NCBI GenBank assembly: GCA_964016885.1
Contig: OZ024752.1
Location: forward strand, 26,040,001 to 26,104,000
Direction of reading: 5' to 3'
DNA: 64,000 nucleotides
Source: Eledone cirrhosa
Taxonomy: Eukaryota
Shown here: piece by piece, positions 37,481 through 50,690 of the stretch
Layout of the letters: every line of letters begins with the position of its first letter
How positions within the stretch are numbered: position 1 is the first letter of the stretch
Translations under genes and position numbers: made by a program
Notes under the pieces: generated by a model
The model's input: the letters and a program-made list of their open reading frames with translations, nothing else
Told to the model about the DNA's origin: nothing
The model's database searches: none

Positions 37481-37525
37481 AGTCATAGTCCTTTCGTCAC
37501 ACACTCTGTGACCTCTTCAGTGACT
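37481..37525 (-). ncRNA. Minimal type I hammerhead ribozyme (second pseudo-LTR)
   Basis: Same motif as 35194-35238. Confidence 0.8.
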
Positions 37526-37871
37526 GGGGATTCCTTTCTTTGTTTCTGTGCCTTTCCTTTGTTCTGTCCTACGCCATTTTGTTTCTGTGTGTGTGTTGTG
37601 TGCTCAGTTTGCGCATGCGCCACATCCGGGTGTCTGTGTGTGTTTGTGTTCATTATCTATTTGTTTATTTATTTACATGTTGTTGGTTGGTTGTTTGTTC
37701 TATGTGTGTGTGTGTGTTTTCATTTTGTCCTTAATTGTAAGTTGTGATGTTGCTGTTCCACTCATATTTTCTATTTAATTTTGGTTGTAATTCTTTTATG
37801 CTTACTGCCTCTGTAATTTGCCTAAACATTGCAGCTTTTCTGTGTGTGGATTCTATTTTTATTTCTATGTC

Positions 37872-38192
37872 CTATAATTTACCCTTGTGTTCTATCTTAG
37901 CATGTTGGTAGAGTACAGATGATTCTTTATTATCTTGAAGGTCCCGCCAGTGTTTATTTATCCGTTCCCCTATACTACGAGCTGTCTCACCTATGTACAC
38001 TATATTTTTGTTTCTACATTGTCCTTCAGTACATCTTATGCTATACACTACATTTCTAGTTTTACAGTTAATATGGGGGCTTATTTTACAGGTTATACAT
38101 TTCTTATCTATACATGAGGGTCTTTGGAACGGGTATGTCTTGCTAATAAGTGTTTTTACGGAGGTACCTGGTCTTTCTACTATCTTAATATT
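37872..38192 (-). pseudogene. Penelope GIY-YIG endonuclease C-terminal fragment
   Basis: CIDKKCITC...NVVYSIRC...IVYIGETARSIGERINKH...SVLYQH. Confidence 0.85.
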
Positions 38193-38670
38193 GAGTAATA
38201 TAGTGTACATAGGTGAGACAGCTCGTAGTATAGGGGAACGGATAAATGAACACTGGCGAGACCTTCAAGATAATAAAGAATCATCTGTACTCTACCAACA
38301 TGCTAAGATAGAACACAAGGGTAAATTAGAGAATATAGAAATAAAAATAGAATCCACACAGAAAAGATGCAATGTTTAGGCAAATTACAGAAGCAGTAAG
38401 CATAAAAGAATTACAACCAAAATTAAATAGAAAATATAAGTGGAACAGCAATATCACAACTTACAATTAAGGACAAAATGAAAACACACACACACATAGA
38501 ACAAACAACCAACCATTAACATGTAAATAAACAAATAAATAAATGAACATAAAAACACACAGACACCCGGATGTGGCGCATGCGCAAACTGAGCACACAA
38601 CACACACACAGAAACAAAATGGCGTAGGACAGAACAAAGGAGAGGCACAGAAACAAAGAAAGGAATCCCC

Positions 38671-38715
38671 AGTCACTGAAGAGGTCACAGAGTGTGTGAC
38701 GAAAGAACTATGACT
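38671..38715 (+). ncRNA. Minimal type I hammerhead ribozyme (inverted pseudo-LTR)
   Basis: agtca-CTGAAGA-g-gtcaca(gagtg)tgtgac-GAAA-gaa-CTA-tgact. Confidence 0.78.
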
Positions 38716-38863
38716 ATATATAAACAACTATCTGGTTGTGGAACCAACCAACCAACCAGAAATTTATAAATTTATAAATTTATTATAAATTTATTATAAT
38801 AAACTGAAGTGAAAGCAACTGGTGCGTGTGTTTCTTATTGGCAACATGACCCTCCCAAAGTAT

Positions 38864-38988
<125 letters not shown>

Positions 38989-39563
38989 CGCGTGTGTGTG
39001 TGTGGTCATGACAGTGATGGTCATGACAGTAATGGTAATGATGTGGTTGTGGGGTGGTTGGCTTCGTAGTGATAGTGTTTCTCATGGTAGATATTTTCCA
39101 AATGGGAGTGCACGCCCAAATAATAGAGTGTATGCCCAGCAGATGGCAGCCGCGAACATACGGTCAGAGTCGATACAAACAAGAAATACTATCACACGAC
39201 CAGAAGAAGCACGACCACGAACAGCTAAGTATGAACGGTGGGACCCGATGCTAGCGAAAACAGTGGACGTCCAGCAGAAGGCATCCAAAGAACGAAAGGT
39301 CGGAAGCAAGGCAACCATAGCAGAGGATGTCTTGCCAAAGACCGAATGGTCGGTGCCGATGCAAAGAGGCTCTGCCCTATCGTGCACGCGTAGAAGGCCT
39401 CAAACGTACGAAAGATCGGTCCCGATGCAAGCGAACACTGGCCACACAAAAGTGTGCGCGTGCCAGAAGGACGGAGAGAATTAACAGTCAGTACCGATGA
39501 GACCGCGCACTGCCTCTAGGTAGTGTATGCGTAACAAAAACACAAAGAACGAACGGTCTACAC

Positions 39564-39875
39564 CAGTCATGTGCAACGTGTGGGCCGCAGGCAGCATGCG
39601 GCCCGCGAAGCTTTCTGATTGGCTCACCCAAGTCACCAAAATGAAATCTTTCTGTTTTTTTACCCCAACTTTTCAGTCGTAATTTATCTTTCTATCATTT
39701 TTACGATCGAGGAAAACAACTTGTACGAATTCTGAAGAAACAAATCAATCAACACAACCTGAGTTACCACCCTTCTTTTTAATGTGGGCACGAATGTAAA
39801 TTAGCGCTTGCGACCCGCCCGATGATGAACCATATCTCATGCAGACCGCTTCTCGAAAAAGGTTGCCCATGCCTG
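39564..39875. mobile_element. hAT-type MITE
   Basis: Imperfect TIRs cagtcatgtgcaac / gttgcccatgcctg, subterminal gcggcccgc motifs, degenerate 8-bp TSD gtctacac / gcctacat. Confidence 0.7.
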
Positions 39876-40376
39876 GCCTACATTCTGTCTTCTTCGCGGG
39901 TGTGTTTGCGTGCGTGTGTGGAATTGAATTCGTTAGACTGCACCATTTAAAATACTCATCAATTAATCCGGTACTTTCACCACTGAATCAGTTTGACATT
40001 TCAATTTTTAAACATTTTCTTTTAAATAGCCATATATGTACTATTTCACTTTGAATTCTTTATGACTTTACATTTTTATTCTTGAATACAGGATTCGATT
40101 AATCTATTGAATGTGAAACAGTAATTTTACTATTTTTTTCCCATAATATTATATTGGTTCTTAATGTACCGCTTTCCGGCAAATCCATGTACATACTCGG
40201 GATAGGCTTTTTTTTCGCTTTCTTCTATCCGTACTTCATGAACTACTGTATTTATTTTAACTATAAAATAAATCCGTTTATATTCGTATTGTTACATAAA
40301 TTTAGTATAGCACTTACATGGCTTAATATGCTAAAAGTAGCAGTCACATTTTTCGTCTCCATTCTATCTATCTATC

Positions 40377-40425
<49 letters not shown>

Positions 40426-40428
<3 letters not shown>

Positions 40429-42510
40429 GTTCACAGTGGAAGTGAGAAACAGGTTTAGTGCTCTGTGTGGAGAGTCAGAGGAGAGAGAGATTGGATGGAC
40501 TGAGGAGAGTGTGACGAGGAGGTACGGGCACTTCACCAATGCAGTGGCGAAAGCAAGTGAAACCCTGGTGCCGAGGAAAAAGAACAAAGGGAAGCACGTC
40601 AGCTCTGCAAACCCAAAAGTGTGTGCAGCCAGAGAACACCTGAAAGCTGCCAGGGACCAATTCTATGCTGATCCTACGGAGGAGAGGATGGAGACTGTGG
40701 AGGTGATGAGGGAAGAGCTCTGTACCGCTTACACTGAGGTCAGAGAGGAGGCACTGATAGAGAAGATCAGAAGTGTGGAGAGAGCGGTTGACAGATCTGG
40801 ATGTAAGGAGAGCTGGATGATCATCAACGAGATCACAGGGAGGAAGAAAAGGTGTTCGAGTCAGATCCAGGGAACGGGGCCCGAGGATAGGAAGAGGAAA
40901 TGGCTAGACCATTTTAGGACCATACTAGGAGAGCCACCCTCCACAGCCCAGAGCACTGGGGAGATCAGGCGGCTGTTTGAGGAACTGGATGTTGAGACAG
41001 AGCCCTTCACCAGAGAGGAGCTTCAGAGAGCCAAGAAGAAGATCAAGGAGGGCAAGGCTCATGGAGAAGATGGAGTGGCATCAGAGGTGATGAAGAGGTG
41101 TGATTTTGATGATATCATCCTGGGGTTCTGTAACGGGGCACTGGAGAAAGGAGTTGCCCCGAATCAGTGGAGGATCAGTAACATCGTCCCAGTGCCAAAG
41201 AAGGGAGATCTCTCTAACACCAACAACTACCGGGGGATCTCACTGACATCACTTGTGGCAAAGACCCTCAACAGGATGATTCTTAACAGGATCCAGCCTG
41301 AGATGGAGAAGAAGCTCAGGGACAACCAGAACGGCTTCAGAGAGGGTAGATCAACCACCAGTCACATCCTGATGCTGAGGAGGATATTAGAGGGAGCTAG
41401 AGCAAAGTGCTTTCCTGCGGTCATGGTTTTCATTGACTTTAGGAAGGCCTTTGATTATGTGGACCGTTACTGCCTGATGAAGATCTTACAGGCTTATGGA
41501 ATCCCCAAGAGGATAGTGGACCTGATATCACTGCTCTACACCAACACCAAAGCCCAAATCATTACACCTGATGGGATGACAGAGTTCTTTGAGATACTGG
41601 CTGGAGTGCTCCAGGGAGATACATTGGCTCCCTACCTTTTTATCATCGTAGTGGACTATTGTATGCGCCTTGCACTGGAGAAACACCAGGACTCTGGCTT
41701 TACTGTAACACCGGCTCAGAGCAGGAGAGTTGGGGCGAAAAAGGTATCGGATGCTGAATTTGCCGACGACATAGTTTTGGTGACAAATACAGTGAAGGAG
41801 GCAGAGGATTTGATGCGGGAGGTTGAGACTGTGTCGATTAGTGTGGGGCTGAGAATGAATGAGACTAAAACAAAATATCTGGTAGAGAATGTTGAGAAGC
41901 CAGAGGGGATCACTAATGTAGGCGGGAAGCCGCTGGAATTGGTTGAGGACTTCCTGTATTTGGGAGCAAAGATTGGGAATACGGAAGATGATGTGGTTGA
42001 GAGGAAGAGCAAGGCCTGGGCGGCGTGTCACAGCTTGAGGTCGGTGTGGAAGTCGGACCTTCGTAGAGACCTGAAAATCCGCCTCTTCATTGCTGTAGTG
42101 GAGTCTGTGCTGCTGTATGGGTCTGAGACTTGGACACTGACCAAGAGACTCACTCAGATGGTGGATGGGTGCTACACGAGAATGCTGAGGATGGCTCTGA
42201 ACATTAATCAGTATACACTGAGGATGAAAAACTCAGAGCTGTATGGGAGCATCCCAAAAGTCAGCTCAAAAGTGACACAGAGGAGACTGAGGTTGGCTGA
42301 ACATGCTCACCGACATCCAGAGTTGACATTGCACTCAGTGCTCCTTTGGGAGCCCCTACATGGACACACTAGAAGAGGAAGACCAAGGTTAACATATGTT
42401 GATGCCCTAAGGACAGACACTGATCTGCTGGAGATGCAGGATATGGCAGCGATAATGAGGGACAGAGACCGCTGGAGAGAACTGGTCCATGGATCTCGGG
42501 AATTTTACCC

Positions 42511-42514
<4 letters not shown>
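40426..42514 (+). mobile_element. 5'-truncated RTE-clade LINE with an uninterrupted ~700-codon RT frame, inside (TA)n
   Basis: NYRGISLTS, QNGFR, FIDFRKAFD, GVLQGDTLAPYLF, FADD, FLYLG, LLYGSETW, RGRP, C-terminal DT..M.DR..W. The listed ORF 40154-42661 is extended artefactually through flanking microsatellite. Confidence 0.92.
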
Positions 42515-42547
<33 letters not shown>

Positions 42548-42665
42548 GTCTGTCTGTATGTATGTTGGTTTGTCTGCATGTATGTCTATCTATCTATTGT
42601 TAGGCTACAAGTAACAGTCACATCTTTTCGTTTTCAATATCTATCCCAACTACCTATCTAGCTAC

Positions 42666-42739
<74 letters not shown>

Positions 42740-42972
42740 ACACACGAACATATATATATATATATATATATATACCATACACACTATACACTCAGGTTTA
42801 TGTCAACCGTCGTTCCCCCTAAAACACTTGCTAAAACAATCCCTACAACTTATCTACTGAGAATACAACCTACAAAGCATCTGTTTAACTTAAGTGGTTT
42901 ATTGTAAATATTGTATGAAAAATAGTCCAGTCATTTACCAGTATAATTTACACACGAATATATACGCTGAAT

Positions 42973-43287
42973 GAGGGGTGTGCAACATATTCCGTTGGCG
43001 GGCCACTTTTGAACATTGGAACAACTATTAGGGCCAGTCACTGTAAAAAATATGTAATCTAATGAAAACCACATCTTTCCATAACATGGAACTGGGAAAT
43101 TATAACACACATAACCCGATCAGTGAAGCCCTTTAGTATAGGTCAACTAACAGAAAATTGTATCACGGTTACGAAAAAAATTCTAAATAAGTCTACAAGG
43201 TAAAAATTAAAAACGGTCATCGCGGGTCACTCTGACTGGTCTGGCGGGCCGGATTGTGACCGGCGGGCCGCCTGCTGCACGCCCCTG
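42973..43287. mobile_element. hAT-type MITE
   Basis: TIRs gaggggtgtgcaac / gctgcacgcccctg, gcgggcc subterminal repeats, degenerate 8-bp TSD cgctgaat / tgctaaat. Confidence 0.7.
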
Positions 43288-43486
43288 TGCTAAATGGTGC
43301 GTAGATGTGAAATGAATGGTTATTGGTGTGCTTGCTAGTTCAAATTTGCTGCCGATGAAAGGACAAAACAGGTTATATTTTATGTTTTACATAACACTTA
43401 GTAATTAACAGGTTTCCGACGTTCCTATCTGTTTCACTGCATATTCTAGACCGCATCAAGATAAAGGCCGCTTGTCTAATTGGCAT

Positions 43487-43830
43487 GAAGTCACTGACAA
43501 ACTTACTCCAGATTCTGACTTATAAATATCACCAACAAACACACCCTAGGCTCTGAGCTAAAAATGTCACCAACAAACGCCTTCCAGCCCCTGACTTACA
43601 AAAGTCGCCAACAAACACACCCTAGGCTCTGACTTACAAAAGTCACCAATAAACACACCCTAGCCCCTGACTTACAAAAGTCACTAACAAACACACCCTA
43701 AGCTCTGACTTATAAATGTCGCCAACAAACACACACCCTAGGCTCTGACTTACAAATGTCACCAACAAACACACCCTAGGCTCTGACTTATGTTACCAAC
43801 AAATCCACTCTAGCCTCTAGCTTACAAATA
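43487..43830. repeat. ~38-bp minisatellite, about 9 copies
   Basis: Unit ctctgacttacaaaagtcaccaacaaacacaccctagg. Confidence 0.9.
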
Positions 43831-44708
43831 TTTTCTGTCCTCTTTCTCTACCTTTTCTAATCGCTACTACAATGTCCTCTGCTCCTTGGAACTGGCTAAC
43901 CTCGTACCATCCGCACTCATATACCCAGCCTCACATATCTCTCCTCCTTCTCCTTTATTCACTAATATTGTGCCATGTTCTCGGCGCCGTACTAACCACT
44001 ACGTCATTCCTCCCCCAAACTCGTTCCTTTCACTATCGTATTCCAGAAATGTTTTTACTGCACGAGTTAATGTACAACAATCGAAACTAAAGATCAACAG
44101 CATCAGTCTTATTAATATAGGAGAATCTACAAAGGGAATGGGCTTTTCAGCGCTGTTTACAAATTTCGCTAATATATATTGGTGAAATCACAAAGACACA
44201 AATAAAATATATTTAATATATTTTATTTGTGTCTGCATTCATTATTCTTCAGAATTTTTCACAAAAATTTTACCAAAGATTTCCAAAAATTTCTATAAAA
44301 GATTTTACAAAGTATTTCACCAAAAATTTTTCAAAACATTTCAACAAAAATGTTCTCCAAACTTACCTGAATAATTTCATTAAGTATTCATTAAATTTCA
44401 CGATTTTCGCATCTTAAATGTCTTCATGAATGTGGAATCGAAATCTGAAAGCTGAGAGTCAGAAGACAAAAAAGAAACGACTATTTAGTCTGACTAACAA
44501 TTCAGTTAACAGGATCATATTTTAAAAGTTATATTATATATGCGGTGGATTGGAGTATCGGTAGAGGGTCGGGTGCCATGCTTTGCTATTCTCGCTTTTA
44601 TAAATATGAATTATCCGCCCCCACAGCTTTTGTAATACCCACATTCAACGTTACATTTCTATTGATTACGGGACACTTGTAACCTATAAACATTATTATT
44701 ATCATCAA

Positions 44709-45104
44709 AGGGCGGTGAATTGGCAGCATCGGTAGGGCGTTAGACACCATGCTTTACAGCACATAATTATGGCCCTTTACGTTCTGAGTTCAAATCCCGC
44801 CGAGGTTAACTTTGCCTTTCATACTTACGAGGTCGGTAAAATAAAGTACAATACACTGGAATAATTGCTGGCCTTGTGCCAAAAATAGAAACAATTATTA
44901 TTGTCATCAAAGGGCGGTGGATTGGCAGTATCGGTAGAGAGTCGGACGCCATGCTTTGCAGCAAAGAGTTATGGCCCTTTATGGTGTGAGTTCAAATCCC
45001 GTCGAGGTTAACTTTGCCTTTCATCATTACAGGGTCGATAAAATAAAGTACCAGTCATGAACTGGGATATTTGCTGGCCTTGTGCCAAAAGTAGAAACAA
45101 TTAT
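44709..45104 (+). mobile_element. Two head-to-tail Nin/Deu SINEs
   Basis: Copies 44709-44900 and 44910-45104, each preceded by attatt. Confidence 0.88.
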
Positions 45105-45357
45105 ATGTATAACGTCTAATTATATTCTAGTTTTTGACGTGCTTAACTTCTCAGTACGCGTTTTCATAATGTAAATCTTAGGATACCGATTTCTATTTTT
45201 AAGATTATAGTATTAATTATCAAAGACAATTTTTTCTGTTATATTATCGGACATAATTCGCCGATTCGGAGCGCCAGCACTGTGGTGACGAGATGTAGAT
45301 GGCCGAGGAGCGTAACGTCTTGGAAGGGACAAGGTAGCACTGAACCTAGCAAGGTAT

Positions 45358-45396
<39 letters not shown>

Positions 45397-47019
45397 CAGA
45401 AGATTACAATTACATATGACGACCAAACAGCAAAAAGGAGGCCATGCTTCAACCTCTCAAACAAAGACGAAAAGTTGGCCCAGGCATGGAAGCGCATCAA
45501 GCAAGAGCAAACTTGGGCCAACTTAACTGTCCCGGTAGAAGCTATTGAGGCAGTGGAGCGCAAAACGGTGCATTATAGATGCATCTCAGCACAAACAAAA
45601 CGGGCAGCGTTAATCCCACAAGAAGATATCGAAATCGCGCTGAGGTGCATCAGAGAAAACACCCAGTACATAGAGAGAAGCAGACAGTACAGCACCATTT
45701 CGGTGTTGTTCAAGTCAGAAGCCCTCGCTATGAAACACGCCATGACTCCTTGCAAAACCAGCAAGGTCATAATGTACCCCTCCCACATGGGAAAAAGAAC
45801 GGCCCGTCTCCGCATTCCCAGAATCCCACCAGGACTTGACATGTGGTGGCTTCTGGGATGTGTGATTGTGGAGGGGACGGATACAGTCCCTATAGAAATC
45901 ACCAGGGCGGCCAGAGAGGACTGGTCAGAGGTTGACCTGGAGATCCTTCTCCAGATCCGGCCCGAGTATGTGAAGACAATCCCAGACCATATCCGACTTC
46001 AGAATGGGACTGTCATTCACATTATGACCGAAGGCAAAAGGCCGCAGTGTTTTGTTTGTGGGGAAAAAACCCATTTGCGAGCCTTCTGCCCTCAACTGCT
46101 GAAAGAGGCAAGGGGTCGAAAGGCTCCACTGCTGCCGACGCCGGGGTGAGGACCACAACCAATACCTTCACCGGCAAAACCACCAACAACAACACCAATA
46201 GAAAAAACACCACCAACATTGACCACCCAGGGTGAAACGAGGAAAACTGTCAAATCCCCCCCCCCCCAAATACACACACCAATAAAACCTTAACCATGCA
46301 TACAAACAAACTTACAAACACAGACCCCTCATCTACCAGTAGTGAAGATTAGGGAAATCCAAAATCCCCCAAAATACAAAAAAGGAAACACAAAAAAAAA
46401 CAAAAAAACTCAACAAAGCACAAAAGCACCCACAATAAAAAAACGCAGACACCATCCACGCAAACATCTCTCCAATGACACCAACACCACCATCACCATC
46501 ACCAGAATCCCCCAAACGAAAACAACCGAAACTGACGCAAGAACAAATATACACACAAACATCTGAAACCACAGACATCGCACTCACAACAAACACAGAT
46601 ACAACCGAAACAACACCACCAAAACCATCACCACCACAGCCACGCAAACAAATAAAATCACACCAACAAAACATACAAAACTTTGTGCTCGTCAGGAGGG
46701 CCAACAAGGAACTGATGGCCCTCGTAGCACGAAGTGAAAATATACAAAAAGAGGGGGAAATGTTTAAATCGAGCACATTTCGCGTGCCGGAAGATTTAGT
46801 TCTGGTGCGAATGTCGCTCGACATATTCAAAGAAATACGATACAGCTTTCCTAGGGACGTGGGAACCCCGAACGTAAAACCCACTTCAAGACTTTTAAAG
46901 GGGTTCCCAAAAGAAACCCCACTAACTATGGAGGTCGAACAACCCGACCTTCACAAGAGCCCGGAAGGTAAGTAAACCTTCCTCTCTCTCTCTGTTTAAC
47001 CTGCCAACATGGCCGTATT

Positions 47020-47270
47020 CATCATCATCATCATCATTCTTCGACTACTGTCGAGATGATCGATCTCACTCTCATGCCCCAGAATTCCCTGTCCCCCATC
47101 GCTGCCCCCAGGTCCCGTCTACTGATTCCCGTATCCCTAGAGATCATTATGATCAGAAACAGGACCCGGGAAAGCAGGGGATGGACCTATATCAACAGGT
47201 ATACTATATAGTGTGGTTCCCTGAGGAACAGGAACCCTGGTGCAGTCAGTTGCGAAATCCATCATCTTTT
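47020..47270 (-). mobile_element. Short retroposed insertion with an RTE-type 3' end, (GAT)n tail and 12-bp TSD
   Basis: TSD catggccgtatt at 47008-47019 and 47271-47282. The minus strand ends ISRDTGISRRDLGAAMGDREFWGMRVRSIISTVVEE* then (GAT)n. Confidence 0.85.
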
Positions 47271-47271
47271 C

Positions 47272-50200
47272 ATGGCCGTATTAAGAGTAGGATGTTTAAA
47301 TGTTCGAGGCCTGGGATCGTCCTGGAAGCAGGCTCACCTGCTCAACGACCTCAGGTCTATAGAAATGGATGTAATTGCAGTCAGCGAGACCAGGATTTCC
47401 GACACGCGCGCACTAGCCCCCATTTTCGACGACTATCTGATCTTTGCATCTGTTAGCCAGCCGGGAATGGGAGGCGGGGTGGCAGTGCTGTTCAGGAAAG
47501 GCCTGGATCTCGAGGTAAGGTCGATCTTCCGGGACCCGGACGGGAAGTTGGTGGTCCTGGACGTGAACAATAATGAAGGTGGTGCCTTTAGACTGGTGGC
47601 CGTCTATTCTCCTACTGGGGCAGGAAGGCCGGACTTCTTTAGACGCCTGGAAGCCTTTCTGGGTACGTCTCGCCCTTTACTGTTAGCGGTGGACTGGAAC
47701 GGCATCTTAGACGCACGCTGGGACTGTGTGGGAGTATCCGATAGGAGCGGGGGATGCAAAAGCCTCAAGAACCTGATCAGCCAGTTCCAACTGTCTGACA
47801 GGTACCGACTAGATTTCCCTAATGCGCCAGTGTGGACCTGGGCTAACCGCATAGGGTCATCTAGATCGTATATAGACAGGATATTCATTAGCAAAATAGA
47901 CAGAAATAGTGTAAGCTGTCCATGTTTTGAAACGGTCGCCTATTCAGATCACAAGTCTGTGATCTGTATGGTCGACCTAGATAAGACGCGTAGGTTAGGA
48001 CCTGGTTACTGGAAGCTAAACATGTCATTTCCGGCACGTAAGGCTTACAGGGACTAGGTCAACAATTTAGTTAAGAAAAAGTTGACAGGGGGAGTCGTCA
48101 ACAATAGATGGTGGGGGGCTCTCAAAAGAGAGATTAGAGTAATGTCGATAGAGTTTAGCAAAGAAGTAGCATTAGAGAAAAATAGAAAGGAGGGGTAGTT
48201 GGTAGATAAGTTAGACGAGGCTATTGGTAGTGGCATTGCAACTGATGTGCTAGCGGCGAGAATGGCATTAGACCATTTCTTCAATGCGAAACACGAAGGT
48301 TGCATTGTCAGAGCTAAGGCACGTGCTCTGAGAAACGAGGGAACCAAAGCTGTTCGATGGGCCCGCGTGGCAGAGGCGCAGCGTGGTAATAAAACCACGA
48401 TTCGGTCTTTGACGGACCGAGACGGGCTCGAGCTGAACGATTCCAAGAGGATGTGCTCGGTTGTTCGGGGGAAGTGGCGAGTCAGAGATGGTGGCGGACT
48501 TCAGTCCCTACCTCGATGGCTTGCCGTAACTCTCGACGGCTGACGCTGGGCGCTGCGAAAGGCCAATTACTTCAGCCGAGATTCAGGATGCCCTTGTAGG
48601 CTACATGAGGCGCAAGTCATCCGGTTTGGATGGTCTGCCCTACGAGCTTTACGTAAATATGCCATACTTGTTCTCCAATCTCCTCGAAGCGCTCTACTGC
48701 AACTGGCAGCAAAATGGGAGTATTCCCAGTTTTGTGAGCCGGGGCGTAGTGACGCTGATAAGGAAAGACGAGAACAAGAGGGACACATTAGACAATTTCA
48801 GGCCCATAACTCTGCTCAACACAGAGTTTAAGATTTTGGCCAGGGTGTTAGCGAAGAGGTTGGCGCTTGTCGTCGGGGAATTGGTTGGGGAGGCGCAAAC
48901 TTGCGCAATCCCAACCAGGTCCATACATGACAACCTCCACCTAATGCGATACATCATAGAGAGGGTAGGGTGTAAACCTGGCTGCGGTGGAGCTCTGATC
49001 AATTTAGATCAATCGAAAGCATTCGATAGGGTCGATCATCGGTACCTGGAGGCTGTCCTCAAGGCGGTTGGTTTCGGCCCCGTCTTCAGAAGCTGGATCG
49101 CTGCAATGCACAGCGGCACCTGCTCGATGGTCAAAATTAATGGCCACCTCTCGGAACCGTTTCAGGTCTCCCGATCGGTCCGTCAAGGGTGCCCTCTCTC
49201 TTCCCTTCTGTACGTATTGACTCTCGAGCCTTTACTGCGGAAGCTGGAGCTGTTGCAGGGCATCCCGCTTGAACGGGGACGCGGAAAGGCTGTGTCGGCT
49301 TATGCGGACGACATCACCGTGATGGTGTCGGACACCTCAGAAATCGAGGTGGTCGGCAACTTATTGGAGGAATATGAAAGGTTGACGGGAGCAAAACTTA
49401 ACCCGGAAAAGTCAGTGGGCTTGCAACTCGGCACCTGGAGAGGCAAGTCCATGCCGTCCAACAGCGTCGTTAGGCGCTAGACGGACGGACCGGAAAAGTT
49501 GCTAGGGGTTTGGTTCCGGCCAGACCTCCAGTTGGATAAGAATTGGGACGAGGTGACGGGCAGGGTAGTCAGTCTCACCCAGAAATGGGCTGGGATGAAG
49601 CTATCACTAAAAGGTCGGGCGGAGGTGGCGAACGCGTACATCGCGTCCGTCATCTACTACCGTCTGACTGTCGTCCCTTGCCCCCGTTCGCGCCTTGCCA
49701 TCTTGGAGCGGCTCCTCTTCAAATTCTTGTGGAGGGGTCAGGTTCCGCTGTTGAGGCGGTCCATCTGCTGCCAGCACCCTCTACGTGGAGGGCTGGGCAT
49801 GCCGTGGTTAATGATGCGCAGGCACGCGCTGAGGATGCGGCATCTCCAGATATTCTGCCTAAACGGTGAACAGGTGTGGTCGCCGTTTGTCAGACGGGCC
49901 TTTCCGCAGCTCGTTTCTTTGACTGAGTTGCAGTCCTGGGTCAAGAAGAGACCGAGACTGGGTGACTGGCATCTGGAATGTTGCCAGGCACTCACTGCCC
50001 TCTACCAGGCGGGCAATGCGGTCAGTGGAACTTCCACTCTCGAGTTCTATAGAGGATTAGTGGTGGGCAAGTGCGATGACGCACTCGGAGAGGCTCTGGG
50101 AGTCAACGAAGTCGAACTAACCAGTCTGTACCGGAGGACTTTCGAGCCGGGGACGATGGATAATTTCAAAAAATCCCTCGCTTGGCAGTGCTACCGGGAG

Positions 50201-50690
50201 GCATTACCGGTTCGAGATAAACTCTACAGGCACGGAAGTGCTGTCAGACGGACCTTCCCGAGAAGCGCGCAGAGCGACGAAACCGTTCTGTACGCACTCG
50301 TCCAGTGTCCGTGCATTACTGACTCGTCCAGTGTCCGTGCATACTGAGTTATGTTGAACAGCTGTTGTCGCGTGTAGAACAGATCCGGCTATCGGCCGAG
50401 TCTATAGTGAAGATCGACCCGCCGCCTTCTTTTGGCCAGGAAGGGCAGGCAATTTTCCTCTGTCTGGTGGCAGTAGCGAAAGAGGTTGTATGGTGGACGA
50501 GGTTGAAAGGACTGAAGACAGCCACTTTTCTCTCCGGCCAATCCCTCATCAACTTTTTCAAGTTTCACTTGGAAAGGAAGGTGAGGGTGGAGAGAGAAGT
50601 GCTGCCCCCATCAGTACATTTGCTGAAAGGTGGGTATATGTGGCGAGAATGACCCGTGTGAGTAGGCCTACTCTGGTCATGCGGCTGTAG
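47272..50690 (+). pseudogene. Tx1 ORF2 (APE-RT), disrupted
   Basis: Pieces 47272-48057, 48199-48543, 48605-49480 (DQSKAFD, QGCP, YADD), 49499-50347 and 50365-50690. Confidence 0.9.

Noticed and set aside
40154-40425. Hydrophobic N-terminal extension of the 835-aa RT ORF
   Set aside because: Read-through of AT-rich flank and (TA)n; RTE homology starts at about 40426.
43487-43830. 38-bp repeats with an internal hairpin (tgactt-acaa-aagtca) resembling CRISPR repeats
   Set aside because: Units are contiguous with no unique spacers, there are no cas genes and the context is eukaryotic; it is a minisatellite.
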